Shown: piece by piece, positions 8,508 through 18,470 of the stretch
How positions within the stretch are numbered: the first letter of the stretch is position 1
How the letters are laid out: each line of letters begins with the position of its first letter
From: Chloroflexota bacterium
GTDB lineage: Bacteria; Chloroflexota; UBA11872; VXOZ01
Length of the DNA stretch: 64,000 bases
NCBI GenBank assembly: GCA_963663275.1
Contig: OY760183.1
Location: 192,001-256,000 of the forward strand
Direction: 5' to 3'
The notes under the pieces: generated by a model
Told to the model about the DNA's origin: nothing
Seen by the model: the letters and a program-made list of their open reading frames with translations, nothing else
Databases searched by the model: none
Program-made: the position numbers and the translations under genes

Positions 8508-10016
8508 CTAGCGCAGGAATTGGCGAAAGACCGCGCGGCCGCGGTAGACGCCCTGCGGGCCCAGTTCTTCCTCGATGCGCAGCAGTTGGTTGTACTTGGC
8601 CAGGCGTTCCGAGCGGGTGATGGAGCCGATCTTGATCTGGCCGGCGCCGGTTCCCACGGCCAGGTCGGCAATGGTGGCGTCCTCGGTCTCGCCGGAACGC
8701 GCCGACACCACGGGCAGGTAGCCGTGGGCGCGCGCCAGGCGCAGCGTTTCGATCGCGGCCGTGAGCGTGCCGACTTGATTCACCTTGACCAGCACCGCGT
8801 TGGCCGCGTTGCGCGCAATGCCCTCTTGCAGGCGCGCCGCGTTGGTGACGAAGAGATCGTCGCCGATGAGTTGCGCCCGGTCGCCGGCCCGCGCCGTAAG
8901 CGCCCGCCAGCCGTCCCAATCGTCTTCCGCCAGGCCGTCTTCGATTGAGATGATCGGATAGTCATCAACCCACCGCGTGAGCAGAGCGACCATCTCATTG
9001 CTCGAAAGCGCACGGCCTTCCGCGCGCAGGCGGTATGCGCCCTCGTGGTAGAAGTGGGTGGCCGCCACGTCCAGACCGATGGCCGCGTCTTCTCCCGGAC
9101 GGTACCCGGCTTTCTCGATCGCTTGAACCAAGAGTTGTACGGCGCTCTCGTTAGCGCCGGCCGTGCTTTCGTTCGCGCCGGTCGCGGAATCGTTCCCGCC
9201 GTTGGCGTTGTCGGGCGCGCCGGTCGCGGCTTCGAGCGGATTCACGGCCGGCGCTAAGCCGCCCTCATCCGCCACCAGGGTGCTCGCGCCCCGGGCCGTC
9301 AGGATTTCGCCCATGGCGTGGTAGACGTTGCACACCATCACCAGGGCCTCGCTGTAGCTCTGGGCGCTCAAAGGGATGCACAAAAAATCCTGGAAATCGA
9401 CGATGCCGCGGGCGTGCAGGCCGCCGCTGAGGATGTTCACCATGGGCACGGGCAACTCCCGCGCCTGGCTGCCGCCCAGGTAGCGGTAGAGCGGCAGGCC
9501 GCAACTCGCCGCGGCCGCGTGGGCCGTAGCCAGCGAGACGCCGAGCACGGCGTTGCCGCCCAGGCGGCGCAGGTTGGGCGTGCCGTCGGTGGCCAGCAGC
9601 AGCGCGTCCACCGTGTGCTGGCGCGCGGCGTCCGCGCCCACCACCGCCGGACCCAGCACCTCGTTCACGTGGCGCGCGGCGTGGCGCGCGCCCTTGCCCT
9701 GGTAGCGGGCCGGATTGCCGTCGCGAAACTCCAGGGCCTCGTGCCGTCCGGTGGACGCGCCCGAGGGCACGATGGCGCGGCCGCGCGCGCCGTCCGCCAG
9801 GGTTGCGTCCACCTCGACCGTGGGCACGCCCCGGGAGTCGAGCACCTCCCTGGCGCGCACGGCCGCAATCGTCGTCGCGGGCTCGGCTCTGACACGTCCG
9901 CGTCCGGTTCCGTCAGACCCGCGTCTCGTTCCGCCAAGCCCACGTCCGGCTCCGTCTTGCCCGTGTTCTGTGCCGTCATTCCCGCGAAAGCGGGAATCCA
10001 TCTGCTCGGACTGCAT
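8508..10016 (-). CDS. eno: Enolase (variant paralog) with N-terminal extension
   Basis: REVLDSRGVPTVEVD, VPSGASTG, DEGG, SIEDGLAEDDW, GDDLFVTN, VKVNQVGTL, RSGETED, QIKIGS, RSERLAKYNQLLRIEE. Confidence 0.88.
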   Translation of the reverse strand: MQSEQMDSRFRGNDGTEHGQDGAGRGLGGTRRGSDGTGRGRVRAEPATTIAAVRAREVLDSRGVPTVEVDATLADGARGRAIVPSGASTGRHEALEFRDGNPARYQGKGARHAARHVNEVLGPAVVGADAARQHTVDALLLATDGTPNLRRLGGNAVLGVSLATAHAAAASCGLPLYRYLGGSQARELPVPMVNILSGGLHARGIVDFQDFLCIPLSAQSYSEALVMVCNVYHAMGEILTARGASTLVADEGGLAPAVNPLEAATGAPDNANGGNDSATGANESTAGANESAVQLLVQAIEKAGYRPGEDAAIGLDVAATHFYHEGAYRLRAEGRALSSNEMVALLTRWVDDYPIISIEDGLAEDDWDGWRALTARAGDRAQLIGDDLFVTNAARLQEGIARNAANAVLVKVNQVGTLTAAIETLRLARAHGYLPVVSARSGETEDATIADLAVGTGAGQIKIGSITRSERLAKYNQLLRIEEELGPQGVYRGRAVFRQFLR

Positions 10017-11158
10017 TAGGGCACCGTCTCCCTGGCAATGCGCGCGTATACGTCGGACATCGTCGCCGGCTCTTCTTGCAGGATGAACCGGCTCACGCGC
10101 CGCACGGTATCTTTGGTCGGCTCATCCGTAATGTACTCTACCGGAGACTTGCCGTCGATGCGCGCCAGCATGAGGCAGCCAAGCTGGAGCCGCGTCTCGC
10201 CCGCCAACTCGCGCCAATGCACGCCCGGCAGCGTCTCTCGATAGCCCTCCAAGAACGCCTCGACGGACTGGAAGTACGCCGGCTGCACGTGCGCGTTGAC
10301 GATTGACTTGATCAGCAGATGATTGACGCAAAAGGCCAGATCGAACGCCGGGTCGCCCCAATGCACCACCTCGAAGTCGAGCAGAAGGATGGAACCGGCG
10401 TTCCCTCCGTCATTCCCGCACGAGTGGGGAGCTACCGTCGCACTCTCTCCGTCATTCCCGCGAAAGCGGGAATCCATCTTCTCCCGCAGCACAAACATAT
10501 TCTTCGGACTATAGTCCCCGTGCACCAGCGCCGTCTTGCGCGCCCGCATGTGCGCAATTGCCATGGCGAACACCGGCTGCAAGGACGGATGCTTCTCCGC
10601 CGTCGTGTTGTAGTACGGATCGACCCGCAGTTGCCAGAAGACCTCGTCATCGATGAAGCGTTCGCGCGCGGCCGGTTCCTGGATGGCGTGCAGTTGTGCC
10701 AGCAGCCGGCCCGCGGCCGCCGCCACCGGCGTCTCCACCACGCCGCCCAGCAGGTCTTCCTTCCAGAGCGTTGCCGAAGCCGGCGCGCACGACATGCCGT
10801 AGATGTAGTTCTCCTCATCGACAAAGGCGACTTCCGGCACGGCGCCGTCCGGCAAATGCTCCGCCGCGATGCGCAGCGCGTCCGCCTCGCGCAAGGCGCG
10901 ATCGACGCGCGACGGCCAGTACGCCTCTACCCGCAACTCCGGCAGCGCCTGCTTGAGCACCAAACACCGCGCCGGTCTCTTCACCGCCGCCTGCTTCACG
11001 CCCCGCGCCTCTTCATCCGGCGTCGTCACCCGCAGCACAATATTCGAGACGCCGCCGCCCAGCGGTTCCACCGCCAGCGCCGCGCCGTCGTCCACCACCC
11101 CCCGCGCCGCCAGGTAGCGCCCAATTTCAGCACTGTCCATTCGGTCAAGAGCAAGCAT
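10016..11158 (-). CDS. APH/methylthioribose-kinase-like phosphotransferase
   Basis: LGGGVSN, VLKQALP, LVHGDYSPKN, LLDFE, GDPAFD; TAATG overlap with enolase. Confidence 0.85.
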   Translation of the reverse strand: MLALDRMDSAEIGRYLAARGVVDDGAALAVEPLGGGVSNIVLRVTTPDEEARGVKQAAVKRPARCLVLKQALPELRVEAYWPSRVDRALREADALRIAAEHLPDGAVPEVAFVDEENYIYGMSCAPASATLWKEDLLGGVVETPVAAAAGRLLAQLHAIQEPAARERFIDDEVFWQLRVDPYYNTTAEKHPSLQPVFAMAIAHMRARKTALVHGDYSPKNMFVLREKMDSRFRGNDGESATVAPHSCGNDGGNAGSILLLDFEVVHWGDPAFDLAFCVNHLLIKSIVNAHVQPAYFQSVEAFLEGYRETLPGVHWRELAGETRLQLGCLMLARIDGKSPVEYITDEPTKDTVRRVSRFILQEEPATMSDVYARIARETVP

Positions 11159-11234
11159 GGTTTCGCACTTCTCTAAACCTGCGTCAAGCTCTACGCCGAG
11201 CAGAATTCTGCCAGCCGGTCTACGACTGCTCAGT

Positions 11235-11642
11235 CTACGACTGCTTAACTTCCAACAGAGTAGCGCCTGCCGCCCGTGACAGTTTGCGGTCGAAGGTATA
11301 GAGCGGTCGGGCTTCTTCACGGGCCGCCGCGGCGAGAATCATCAAGTCCGCGAAATCAGCCCCACTCTGCCGAAAGGAGGATGCGGCAGTGGCCACGTCA
11401 TCGGCAGTCTCGACAACGAGGCTATCGGTAGCGATTACGTTCACCACCACGTCCGCAACCTGCCGGCGGTTGAACCGGTAGGCCCGTTCCAACACCCACA
11501 CGACCTCCAGCACAACTTCGCGGCAGATGAATCCTGGGCGTTCAGGCGTCAGACTTCCCAGAAACGCGCGGGCCGCCGTTGCCAGCCTTTCGTCGTCTTC
11601 AACCAAGGCGCTCACGAGCACGTTTGTATCCACGGCGATCAC
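11235..11642 (-). CDS. vapC: VapC/PIN toxin
   Basis: MIAVDTNVLV, ADFADLMI, LYTFDRK. Confidence 0.9.
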   Translation of the reverse strand: MIAVDTNVLVSALVEDDERLATAARAFLGSLTPERPGFICREVVLEVVWVLERAYRFNRRQVADVVVNVIATDSLVVETADDVATAASSFRQSGADFADLMILAAAAREEARPLYTFDRKLSRAAGATLLEVKQS

Positions 11643-11872
11643 GTTCCACTGGCCCCCTCCGCAATGGCGCGCTCCATGTCTTCAAGGGTCACGGGCGGCC
11701 CATCGTGCTTCAGCACACCGAACAAATGACCAATGGGACGCACCTTGACGATCCGCACTTGCCCATCCTGGATGATGTAGCGCACTCGATCTCCGGCCTG
11801 CACGTCCAAGGCCTCCCGTACGGCCTTGGGCAGTGTCGTCTGTCCTTTGCTCGTGATTCCCGATTCAAGCAT
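11639..11872 (-). CDS. AbrB/MazE/SpoVT antitoxin
   Basis: ITSKGQTTLPKAVREAL; GTGA overlap with the toxin. Confidence 0.9.
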   Translation of the reverse strand: MLESGITSKGQTTLPKAVREALDVQAGDRVRYIIQDGQVRIVKVRPIGHLFGVLKHDGPPVTLEDMERAIAEGASGT

Positions 11873-12068
11873 GGAACACCTCATTATCTCATTACTTCAT
11901 TCTCAAGGTCATTACTATGTCTAGCATAGCAAAGAGGTTGGCTGAAATGCACGCATTTACTGGCTCCACATCCTCGTTGGCGTCGCTCCCATGCGGTGGG
12001 ATGGGCCGGGAAAGCCGCTTTCAAGCCGCAAAGAAATCCCCTCACCCCGGCCCTCTCCCCAGGGAGAG

Positions 12069-12214
12069 CTGACAGGGGTAGGCACGTGTCATTCCGAGCG
12101 GAGCGAGGAATCTAGATCCGACGTTTTTGCAGCGAAAGCCTTAGATTCCTCTCTCCGCTGCGCTCCGCTCGGAATGACACGTGAAGTCGGATGTAGAATG
12201 CCTACCCCTGTCAG
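12069..12214. mobile_element. MITE family A copy 2 (146 bp)
   Basis: Same TIRs; exact 12-bp direct repeat CCCCAGGGAGAG at 12057-12068 and 12215-12226. Confidence 0.9.
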
Positions 12215-12333
12215 CCCCAGGGAGAGGGAGTAAGGAAACGGAGCGGGAGCGGTTCCCTCTCCCCAGGGAGAGGGAGTCTGGACGCCTGTCGGCCAGGTTG
12301 TGCGCAGCCTGCGCTGCGCGCTCTACGGGTTGC

Positions 12334-13011
12334 TTACGGCAGCGGCCGGAAGACGCGATCGTGCCTCCCCGGCCCCCATTCGTCCGGGTCCAGGCCGTCG
12401 CCCAGCAGCGGGTAAGTCTCCGATAGCCCAAACGTATAGGCATAGAGCCTTAGCTGGAGCCGCTGCGTGTACACCATGAACGCGAAAAGACTATCGGGAT
12501 ACTGTCCCATGAAGAGCACGGGAATCCAGGATAGCCAGAACACGAGCATTACCAGAATGCCAAGAACGAACAGGAAGATGAAGAAGGGGACGAGCACGGC
12601 AAAGCGGAAGAGGCCGCCAAGCAGCGGGAACGCAAGCAGGCGGTTCGGTCGCGCGGGCAGGGGAAACTCTACCCTGACCGCGGCGCTGGAGTCGAGTGAA
12701 AACCCAGGGTAGGCGTCGCTGAGGCCCAGAAAGAAGCAGTTGGCTTTGGCTCTGAGCCTCATGCCGCCCACGACAAGCGCATAGGCCGGCGCCCAGTACT
12801 TGCCGGTAAAGAAAACCACGAACGCGTTGATGACGCTCAAAGCAATCGCGGCGAAGTCTACGACCAGCAGCCAGAGAGCCACCGGCAGCACGACGACGTT
12901 CTTGGCCGCGCCGCCCAGCACGGGAAACGCCCACAGCCGGTTTGGGCGCTCATTGTGCGCGATAGACAGCATTTGCAGGTCTCTTTCCGGTGTGGGAGCG
13001 CCGGTGTTCAT
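12334..13011 (-). CDS. DUF4389-type membrane protein (internally duplicated)
   Basis: Two repeats of PNRLxAFPxLGG...FxGxY...GLSxxYP with hydrophobic segments. Confidence 0.75.
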   Translation of the reverse strand: MNTGAPTPERDLQMLSIAHNERPNRLWAFPVLGGAAKNVVVLPVALWLLVVDFAAIALSVINAFVVFFTGKYWAPAYALVVGGMRLRAKANCFFLGLSDAYPGFSLDSSAAVRVEFPLPARPNRLLAFPLLGGLFRFAVLVPFFIFLFVLGILVMLVFWLSWIPVLFMGQYPDSLFAFMVYTQRLQLRLYAYTFGLSETYPLLGDGLDPDEWGPGRHDRVFRPLP

Positions 13012-13226
13012 GGGAATAGCCCCTGGCTTTACTCGATATCCGGACCCAGGCGCGCGCCGCGCCGCCAATCACCGCCGCATCGATCACGCGCGGCATGTCT
13101 CACAACGACTCTAGCGGCTCCGGTGGAAGGTGACAATCCAACGCCCAAGGAATAGCGTACACTACACGGGTGTCGGGTTTCGGCGATGAGCGCGCGCTGA
13201 GCGGCAGCCACACAGAGGAGCAGACC

Positions 13227-14366
13227 ATGATTCGCATCACCAGCGACGTCGAGTGCGGCAACGGCAAGGAGATCGAGCAACTGGCGGACGACCGCTTTCG
13301 CTTGCAGGTGGACGGCGACAAGCAGAGCGGCTACTGCGGCTACTTCTGCTTCGACATCGTCAACGACGGGCCGGCGGCGGACGTGACCATCGAGCTTTGG
13401 GAGGACGCCAAGTTCGGCGGGCCCACCGGCTTTCGCAGCCTCTTTCCCACCACCGTCTGGTTCAAGCCGGTGGAGTTTCACCGTTACCGTCCGCTGCCCA
13501 GCGCGCCGCCGCAATGCGCAAAGGATCACGCCGTCTTCACCGTGCCGGTGGAGCGGGAGCAGCGCGTGCGGGTGGCCATGACCTACGTCGCGCCCTATAG
13601 CGAGATTGCCGCGAACCTGCGCCAATTCGCGGCGGAGCGTCCCGAACGCTGCGCGCTCTTCTCCCTCGGCGAGACGGTACAGGGGCGGCAGATCCTGGGG
13701 TTGCGGGCGGGCACGCCGGGCGCGCCGAAGCTCTTCTGCGTCGCCGGCCAGCATCCCCACGAACACGCCGGGGTCTGGGGCGTGCTGGGCATCGCCGACT
13801 TCATCTCCTCGCTGCTGCCGGACGCCGAGGCGCTGCGCGGGCAACTTGAGGTATTCGTCGTGCCCACCGTGAACCCGGACGGCAACGTCCTGGGACGCAA
13901 CGCCTTCAACGCCGAGGGTTTCGACATGTACCAGGCCTTTGGCGGCGAGCCCGACGCCGACCTGCCGGAAGCGCACGAAAGCCGCCTGCTCTGGGAGTGG
14001 GTGCGCGCGGAAAATCCCGCGCTGTGGATGAACTTCCACTGCTTCACCGGCTGGCGGCTGAACAGCGAGTATCCCTACGACGGCTGGTACGAGGTGGCGG
14101 ACTACGGCCTCTTCAGCGACCCGGCGCGGCGGCGGCTCTACGCGGCTATCTGCGACACCATGCGCCTGGAAACCGACGGCCCTTCCACTCACCAGCGCGC
14201 CAGCATCCACCAACCGAACACGCTCTGCTACCAGTTCGCCAAGCGTTTCGACCTGCCCCACGCCTTCTACGAAATCAACAACGGCACCGCGGGCAAGCAC
14301 CAAGGCGCGCAGCGGGCGCTGCGCGTCTTCAGGCGCGTGACCAACACGCTGCTGCGCTACGCTTAA
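13227..14366 (+). CDS. M14 zinc carboxypeptidase-like protein
   Basis: AGQHPHE, PTVNPDG, NFH; GAGGAG SD. Confidence 0.8.
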   Translation: MIRITSDVECGNGKEIEQLADDRFRLQVDGDKQSGYCGYFCFDIVNDGPAADVTIELWEDAKFGGPTGFRSLFPTTVWFKPVEFHRYRPLPSAPPQCAKDHAVFTVPVEREQRVRVAMTYVAPYSEIAANLRQFAAERPERCALFSLGETVQGRQILGLRAGTPGAPKLFCVAGQHPHEHAGVWGVLGIADFISSLLPDAEALRGQLEVFVVPTVNPDGNVLGRNAFNAEGFDMYQAFGGEPDADLPEAHESRLLWEWVRAENPALWMNFHCFTGWRLNSEYPYDGWYEVADYGLFSDPARRRLYAAICDTMRLETDGPSTHQRASIHQPNTLCYQFAKRFDLPHAFYEINNGTAGKHQGAQRALRVFRRVTNTLLRYA

Positions 14367-14974
14367 TAGGCCGCGTACACGTCGCGCACTTGCCGCTCTA
14401 CTTCGTCCGCGAAAGCGTCCACCCACAGGATCTCGTCGGCCCGGCACTGGAGTTTGGTAGACACACCGTCTTGAAAGACCACGAGCACAATGCGCTTGCC
14501 GCGCTCGGAAAGAAACTCGATGGCGGGCAGAAGGTCGCTGTCGCCGGAGGAGAGCAACAGCGTATCGTAGCGTTCGCTATGCGTCAGCGCGAGCGTGGCC
14601 AGCCCCACGTCAACGCCCTTCTGCTGCTCCTTGACGATGTGGTGATGGGTGCCGTGCGGGCAGGTGAGGCGCACTTTCCGTTCGCAGTCTTCGCAGTAGG
14701 CGGAATCCGCTCTGACCGTCTTCAGTTCATAGAGTTGGGTGATGATCTTCGGCCCCTGCGGCGGCGCGGACTCCAGCCAGTTGTGAAAGCTGTTCTGCCC
14801 TTCGGACGGCACGTTGGGCGTGGAATTGAGGAAGTACGCCCGCCAGATCTTGTACTCCTCTTCGATCTTCGTCCTGAGTTTCAGGTAATCCACGGTATAG
14901 TCGGGCGCCAGGGAACGCTGGGCGTTGAAGATGTAGCCCCCGTCGATCAACCACAGGCAATTCGTGTTCAGCAC
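14363..14974 (-). CDS. NYN domain protein (PIN-like nuclease)
   Basis: LIDGGY, QQKGVDVGLA, LLSSGDSDLLP; CxxC...C insert. Confidence 0.85.
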   Translation of the reverse strand: MLNTNCLWLIDGGYIFNAQRSLAPDYTVDYLKLRTKIEEEYKIWRAYFLNSTPNVPSEGQNSFHNWLESAPPQGPKIITQLYELKTVRADSAYCEDCERKVRLTCPHGTHHHIVKEQQKGVDVGLATLALTHSERYDTLLLSSGDSDLLPAIEFLSERGKRIVLVVFQDGVSTKLQCRADEILWVDAFADEVERQVRDVYAAY

Positions 14975-15147
14975 GTTCGACTCCTTCTATTCTGACTGTA
15001 TTTTGGCGGCTCGTTTTGCCGATAGCCCCCTCCTTCGTTCCGGCGGCGGCCGGCGCCGGTTTGCATCGAGCAAGCGCCGCGCGCCCCCGCCGCCACGCCT
15101 AGCCCCGCAAGCGTAACGCGCCGACCAGCAAGCGGCGGCGAACCCCG

Positions 15148-17661
15148 CTAGGCCGTTGCCTTCACCCGCTTTTGCAGGGGATGGAGCGCCAGCGCCAGCA
15201 CTTCGCTCACGTTCTCAACCGGATGAAACGCGATGTCCTCGCGCACGTGTTCCGGCACGTCCACCAGGTCTTTCGTGTTCTCCTTGGGCAGGATGATCGT
15301 GCGGATGCCGGCGCGGTGCGCGGCGAGCACTTTCTCCTTCAGGCCGCCGATTGGCAGCACGCGGCCGCGCAGGGTCATCTCGCCGGTCATCGCCACCTCG
15401 CGCCGCACCGCCCGCTCGGAGAGCGCCGAAATGAGGGCCGTGGTGAGCGTAATGCCGGCGCTGGGGCCTTCCTTCGGCACGGCGCCGGCCGGCACGTGGA
15501 TGTGCACGTCCAGCTTCTCCCAGTCCCACTCCCGCAAGCGCAGTTTCTCCGCATGCACCCGGGCGTAGCTGAGCGCGGCGCGACCGGATTCTTTCATCAC
15601 CGCGCCCAGTTTGCCGGTCAGGATCAGCTTGCCCTTGCCCGGCACCAGGGTCACCTCCACGGGGATGATGTCGCCGCCGAACTCGGTCCACACCAGGCCG
15701 GTGGCCGTGCCGACCTGGTCGCTCTCCTCGGCCATGCCGTAGAAGAACTGCGGCGCGCCCAGGTAGGCGTTGAGATTGCGCACGCTCACCGACACCGTCC
15801 CGTTGTCGCCTTCCGCGTGCTTGCGGGCCACCTTGCGGCAAATGGTCGCCACCTGCCGTTCCAGGTTGCGCACGCCGGCCTCGCGGGTGTACTGGCGCAC
15901 GATCTGCCGCAGCGCGCCCGCGGTGAAGCGCAGATTGCGCTGCTTCAAGCCGTGCTCGGCCCGCTGCTTCGGCACGATGTAGCGCGTGGCAATCGGCAGT
16001 TTGTCTTCCTCCGTATAGCCGGGCAACTCGATCACTTCCATGCGGTCGCGCAGGGCAACCGCCAATGTATCTACGGTGTTGCCCGTAGTTATGAAAATAA
16101 CGTTCGAGAGGTCGTAGGGGGCTTCCAGGTAGTGGTCTGAGAAAGCGTAGTTCTGCTCCGGGTCCAGCACCTCCAGCAGGGCCGCGGACGGATCGCCGCG
16201 AAAGTCGGCGCCCATCTTTTCGATCTCGTCCAGCATGAAGACCGGGTTCACCGTGCCCACCTGGCGCATAGCTTGCAGGATGCGCCCCGGCAGCGCGCCC
16301 ACGTAGGTGCGCCGGTGGCCGCGGATTTCCGCCTCGTCCCGGATGCCGCCCAGGGAGATGCGCACGAATTTCCTGCCCAGCGCCTGGGCGATGGAAAGTC
16401 CCAGCGAGGTCTTGCCCACGCCCGGCGGCCCCACGAAGCACAGGATCGGCGTGCGCACGTCGGGCGCCAGTTTGCGCACCGCGATGTATTCCAGGATGCG
16501 TTCCTTCACTTTCGGCAGGCCGTAGTGGTTGGCGTCCAGCACCTTCTTGGCGTGCTCGATGTCCAGGTCGTCCTGGCTCGGCTCGCCCCACGGCAGCGCC
16601 AGCAGCCAATCGAGATAAGTCTGGATCACGCTCACCTCCGGGCTGGCGGTGGGCATCGCCTCCAGGCGATCGAGTTCCTTGTAGGCTTTCTCCTTTACGC
16701 CTTCGGGCAACTCCGTCTCATCCACCCGTTCGCGCAGGGCGGCGATGTCGCTGCTCACCTGGTCGGTCTCGCCCAGTTCCTTGTGAATGAGCTTGAGTTG
16801 CTCGCGCAGGAAGCGTTCGTGCTCCTCGGCGTCGGAGGTAGTGGGCGCGGCGTCCTCGTCCAGCTTGCGCTGCAACGCCAGAATGTCCAACTCGCGCCGC
16901 AGCCGCCGGATGACGTTCTCCACCCGCTTGGCTACGTCCAGTTCCTCCAGCAACTCTTGCTGCACCGGCGTGGTCAGGTCGATCGTCGAGGCGATCAAGT
17001 CCGCCAGCGCGCCGGCCTCGTGGGTGTTGATTGCCTGCACGTAGGCCTCGTCCGGCAGGTCCTTGCTCAGTTCCACGGCCTCCTTGAAGAGGGCCAGCAT
17101 GGCGTCCATCTGCGCCTTGAGCGCCCGGCCGGACGCGGCCGCCGGTTCGACGTCGATGGCCTGCACGCGAATGTGGGGGTCGAGCTGGAGGAAGTGGGTG
17201 ATGGTCAGGCGGCGCTGCCCCTCCACCAGGATGCTCACGCTGCCGTCCGGCATCTTGAGCGTGCGCCGGATGGTGACTTCCACGCCGACGAAGTAGAAAT
17301 CCTCCGGGTTGACGTCGTCGATCGTGGGGTCGCGCTGCGTGACTACGAACAACCGCCGGTCGCCGTCCAGCGCGTTGCTCACGGCGTCCAGGGAGCGGTC
17401 GCGCGCCACGATGAGCGGCGCCGTCATCCCCGGAAAGACCACCTGGTCCCGGATTGCCAGCACCGGCAACTCCACCGGATGGAGCATGGCGTCCATCACG
17501 TCCACCGCGTCCTGGCGGCGGGTAGAGCGCCTCTTCCGCTTCGCGCCGTCACCGTTGGCCGTGTCCGGCTCCGCCGTCGTCGATTCAGTGCGTCCTTCCG
17601 ACGCCGTTCGTTCTTCCGACGCCGTGCGTCTCGTGGACGCCTTCCGTTTGCTTTCCGCCAC
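15148..17661 (-). CDS. lon: ATP-dependent protease La
   Basis: GPPGVGKTSLG, IRGHRRTYVGALPG, PKEGPSAG, IGGLKEKVLAAHR. Confidence 0.97.
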   Translation of the reverse strand: MAESKRKASTRRTASEERTASEGRTESTTAEPDTANGDGAKRKRRSTRRQDAVDVMDAMLHPVELPVLAIRDQVVFPGMTAPLIVARDRSLDAVSNALDGDRRLFVVTQRDPTIDDVNPEDFYFVGVEVTIRRTLKMPDGSVSILVEGQRRLTITHFLQLDPHIRVQAIDVEPAAASGRALKAQMDAMLALFKEAVELSKDLPDEAYVQAINTHEAGALADLIASTIDLTTPVQQELLEELDVAKRVENVIRRLRRELDILALQRKLDEDAAPTTSDAEEHERFLREQLKLIHKELGETDQVSSDIAALRERVDETELPEGVKEKAYKELDRLEAMPTASPEVSVIQTYLDWLLALPWGEPSQDDLDIEHAKKVLDANHYGLPKVKERILEYIAVRKLAPDVRTPILCFVGPPGVGKTSLGLSIAQALGRKFVRISLGGIRDEAEIRGHRRTYVGALPGRILQAMRQVGTVNPVFMLDEIEKMGADFRGDPSAALLEVLDPEQNYAFSDHYLEAPYDLSNVIFITTGNTVDTLAVALRDRMEVIELPGYTEEDKLPIATRYIVPKQRAEHGLKQRNLRFTAGALRQIVRQYTREAGVRNLERQVATICRKVARKHAEGDNGTVSVSVRNLNAYLGAPQFFYGMAEESDQVGTATGLVWTEFGGDIIPVEVTLVPGKGKLILTGKLGAVMKESGRAALSYARVHAEKLRLREWDWEKLDVHIHVPAGAVPKEGPSAGITLTTALISALSERAVRREVAMTGEMTLRGRVLPIGGLKEKVLAAHRAGIRTIILPKENTKDLVDVPEHVREDIAFHPVENVSEVLALALHPLQKRVKATA

Positions 17662-17702
17662 AGTTATGCTCTCTTTTACTCGCGCTTCTCGTGTTGTCTT
17701 CT

Positions 17703-18374
17703 CTACGCCTCAAGCGAAACTCCGCACCGCTCCAGCAGCGCCGCCGGGTTTACTTGCCGTATCGTATCGATCTGCGCCCGGTCCAGGCCCGCGCCCAGGA
17801 TGACCTTCTCCACCAGCGCCTCCGTCAGCAGGTCGCCCGGCGCGTGGGCGTCGCTATTGACGACCATGGCCGCGCCCACCTCCTGGCAGACCCGCGCCAC
17901 GCGCCCGTTGGCCGCGCTGTGCCCCCGGCGGGCGCTGAGTTCGAAGACCAGGCCGCGTTCCCGCCCGGCGCGCGCGTCCGCCGCCGTGAGCAGGCCGGGA
18001 TGCGCCAGCAGGTCTACCGCGCCGCACGCCGCGGCCGCGGCGTTCGTGCCGGGCGGCACCGGTTCCGTAATCGTCTCGCCGTGCACCGCCACCACCTGCG
18101 CGCCGGCCGCCTTGCAGCGTTCCGCCAGCGTACCCAGCGCCCCGGGCGCGACGTGGGTAATCTCAACGCCGACCAGCGCCGTAATTGCCATCTCGCGCTC
18201 CACCACCTCGCACTCCCGCAGCAACGCCTCGCACACGTACGCGTAATTGGCAAAACCGACGTGGTCGGTGATGGCAATCGCCCGGTAGCCGGCGGCCACG
18301 GCGCGCTGCACGAGTTCCGCCGGTGAGAGTTCGCCGTCGCTGAGAAAGGTATGGGAATGAAAATCGAGAATCAT
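17703..18374 (-). CDS. PHP-domain phosphoesterase
   Basis: DFHSHTFLSDG, AITDH, VHGET, LAHPG, NSDAH. Confidence 0.88.
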   Translation of the reverse strand: MILDFHSHTFLSDGELSPAELVQRAVAAGYRAIAITDHVGFANYAYVCEALLRECEVVEREMAITALVGVEITHVAPGALGTLAERCKAAGAQVVAVHGETITEPVPPGTNAAAAACGAVDLLAHPGLLTAADARAGRERGLVFELSARRGHSAANGRVARVCQEVGAAMVVNSDAHAPGDLLTEALVEKVILGAGLDRAQIDTIRQVNPAALLERCGVSLEA

Positions 18375-18470
18375 GCGTCTCGGGCTCTTAGCTTGGCGGC
18401 GCGCGGTTGCGGTATCCACATAGTCCAGTGTACCCAACGGGTAGCATGTGCTTCAAACCGCCGCCGCGCC

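Noticed and set aside
11218-11245. 13-bp direct repeat GTCTACGACTGCT as an att site of the vapBC module
   Set aside because: Both copies are on the same side of the module; more likely local slippage.
17585-17630. 18-bp tandem repeat in the lon N-terminus
   Set aside because: Ordinary low-complexity expansion in a disordered leader.
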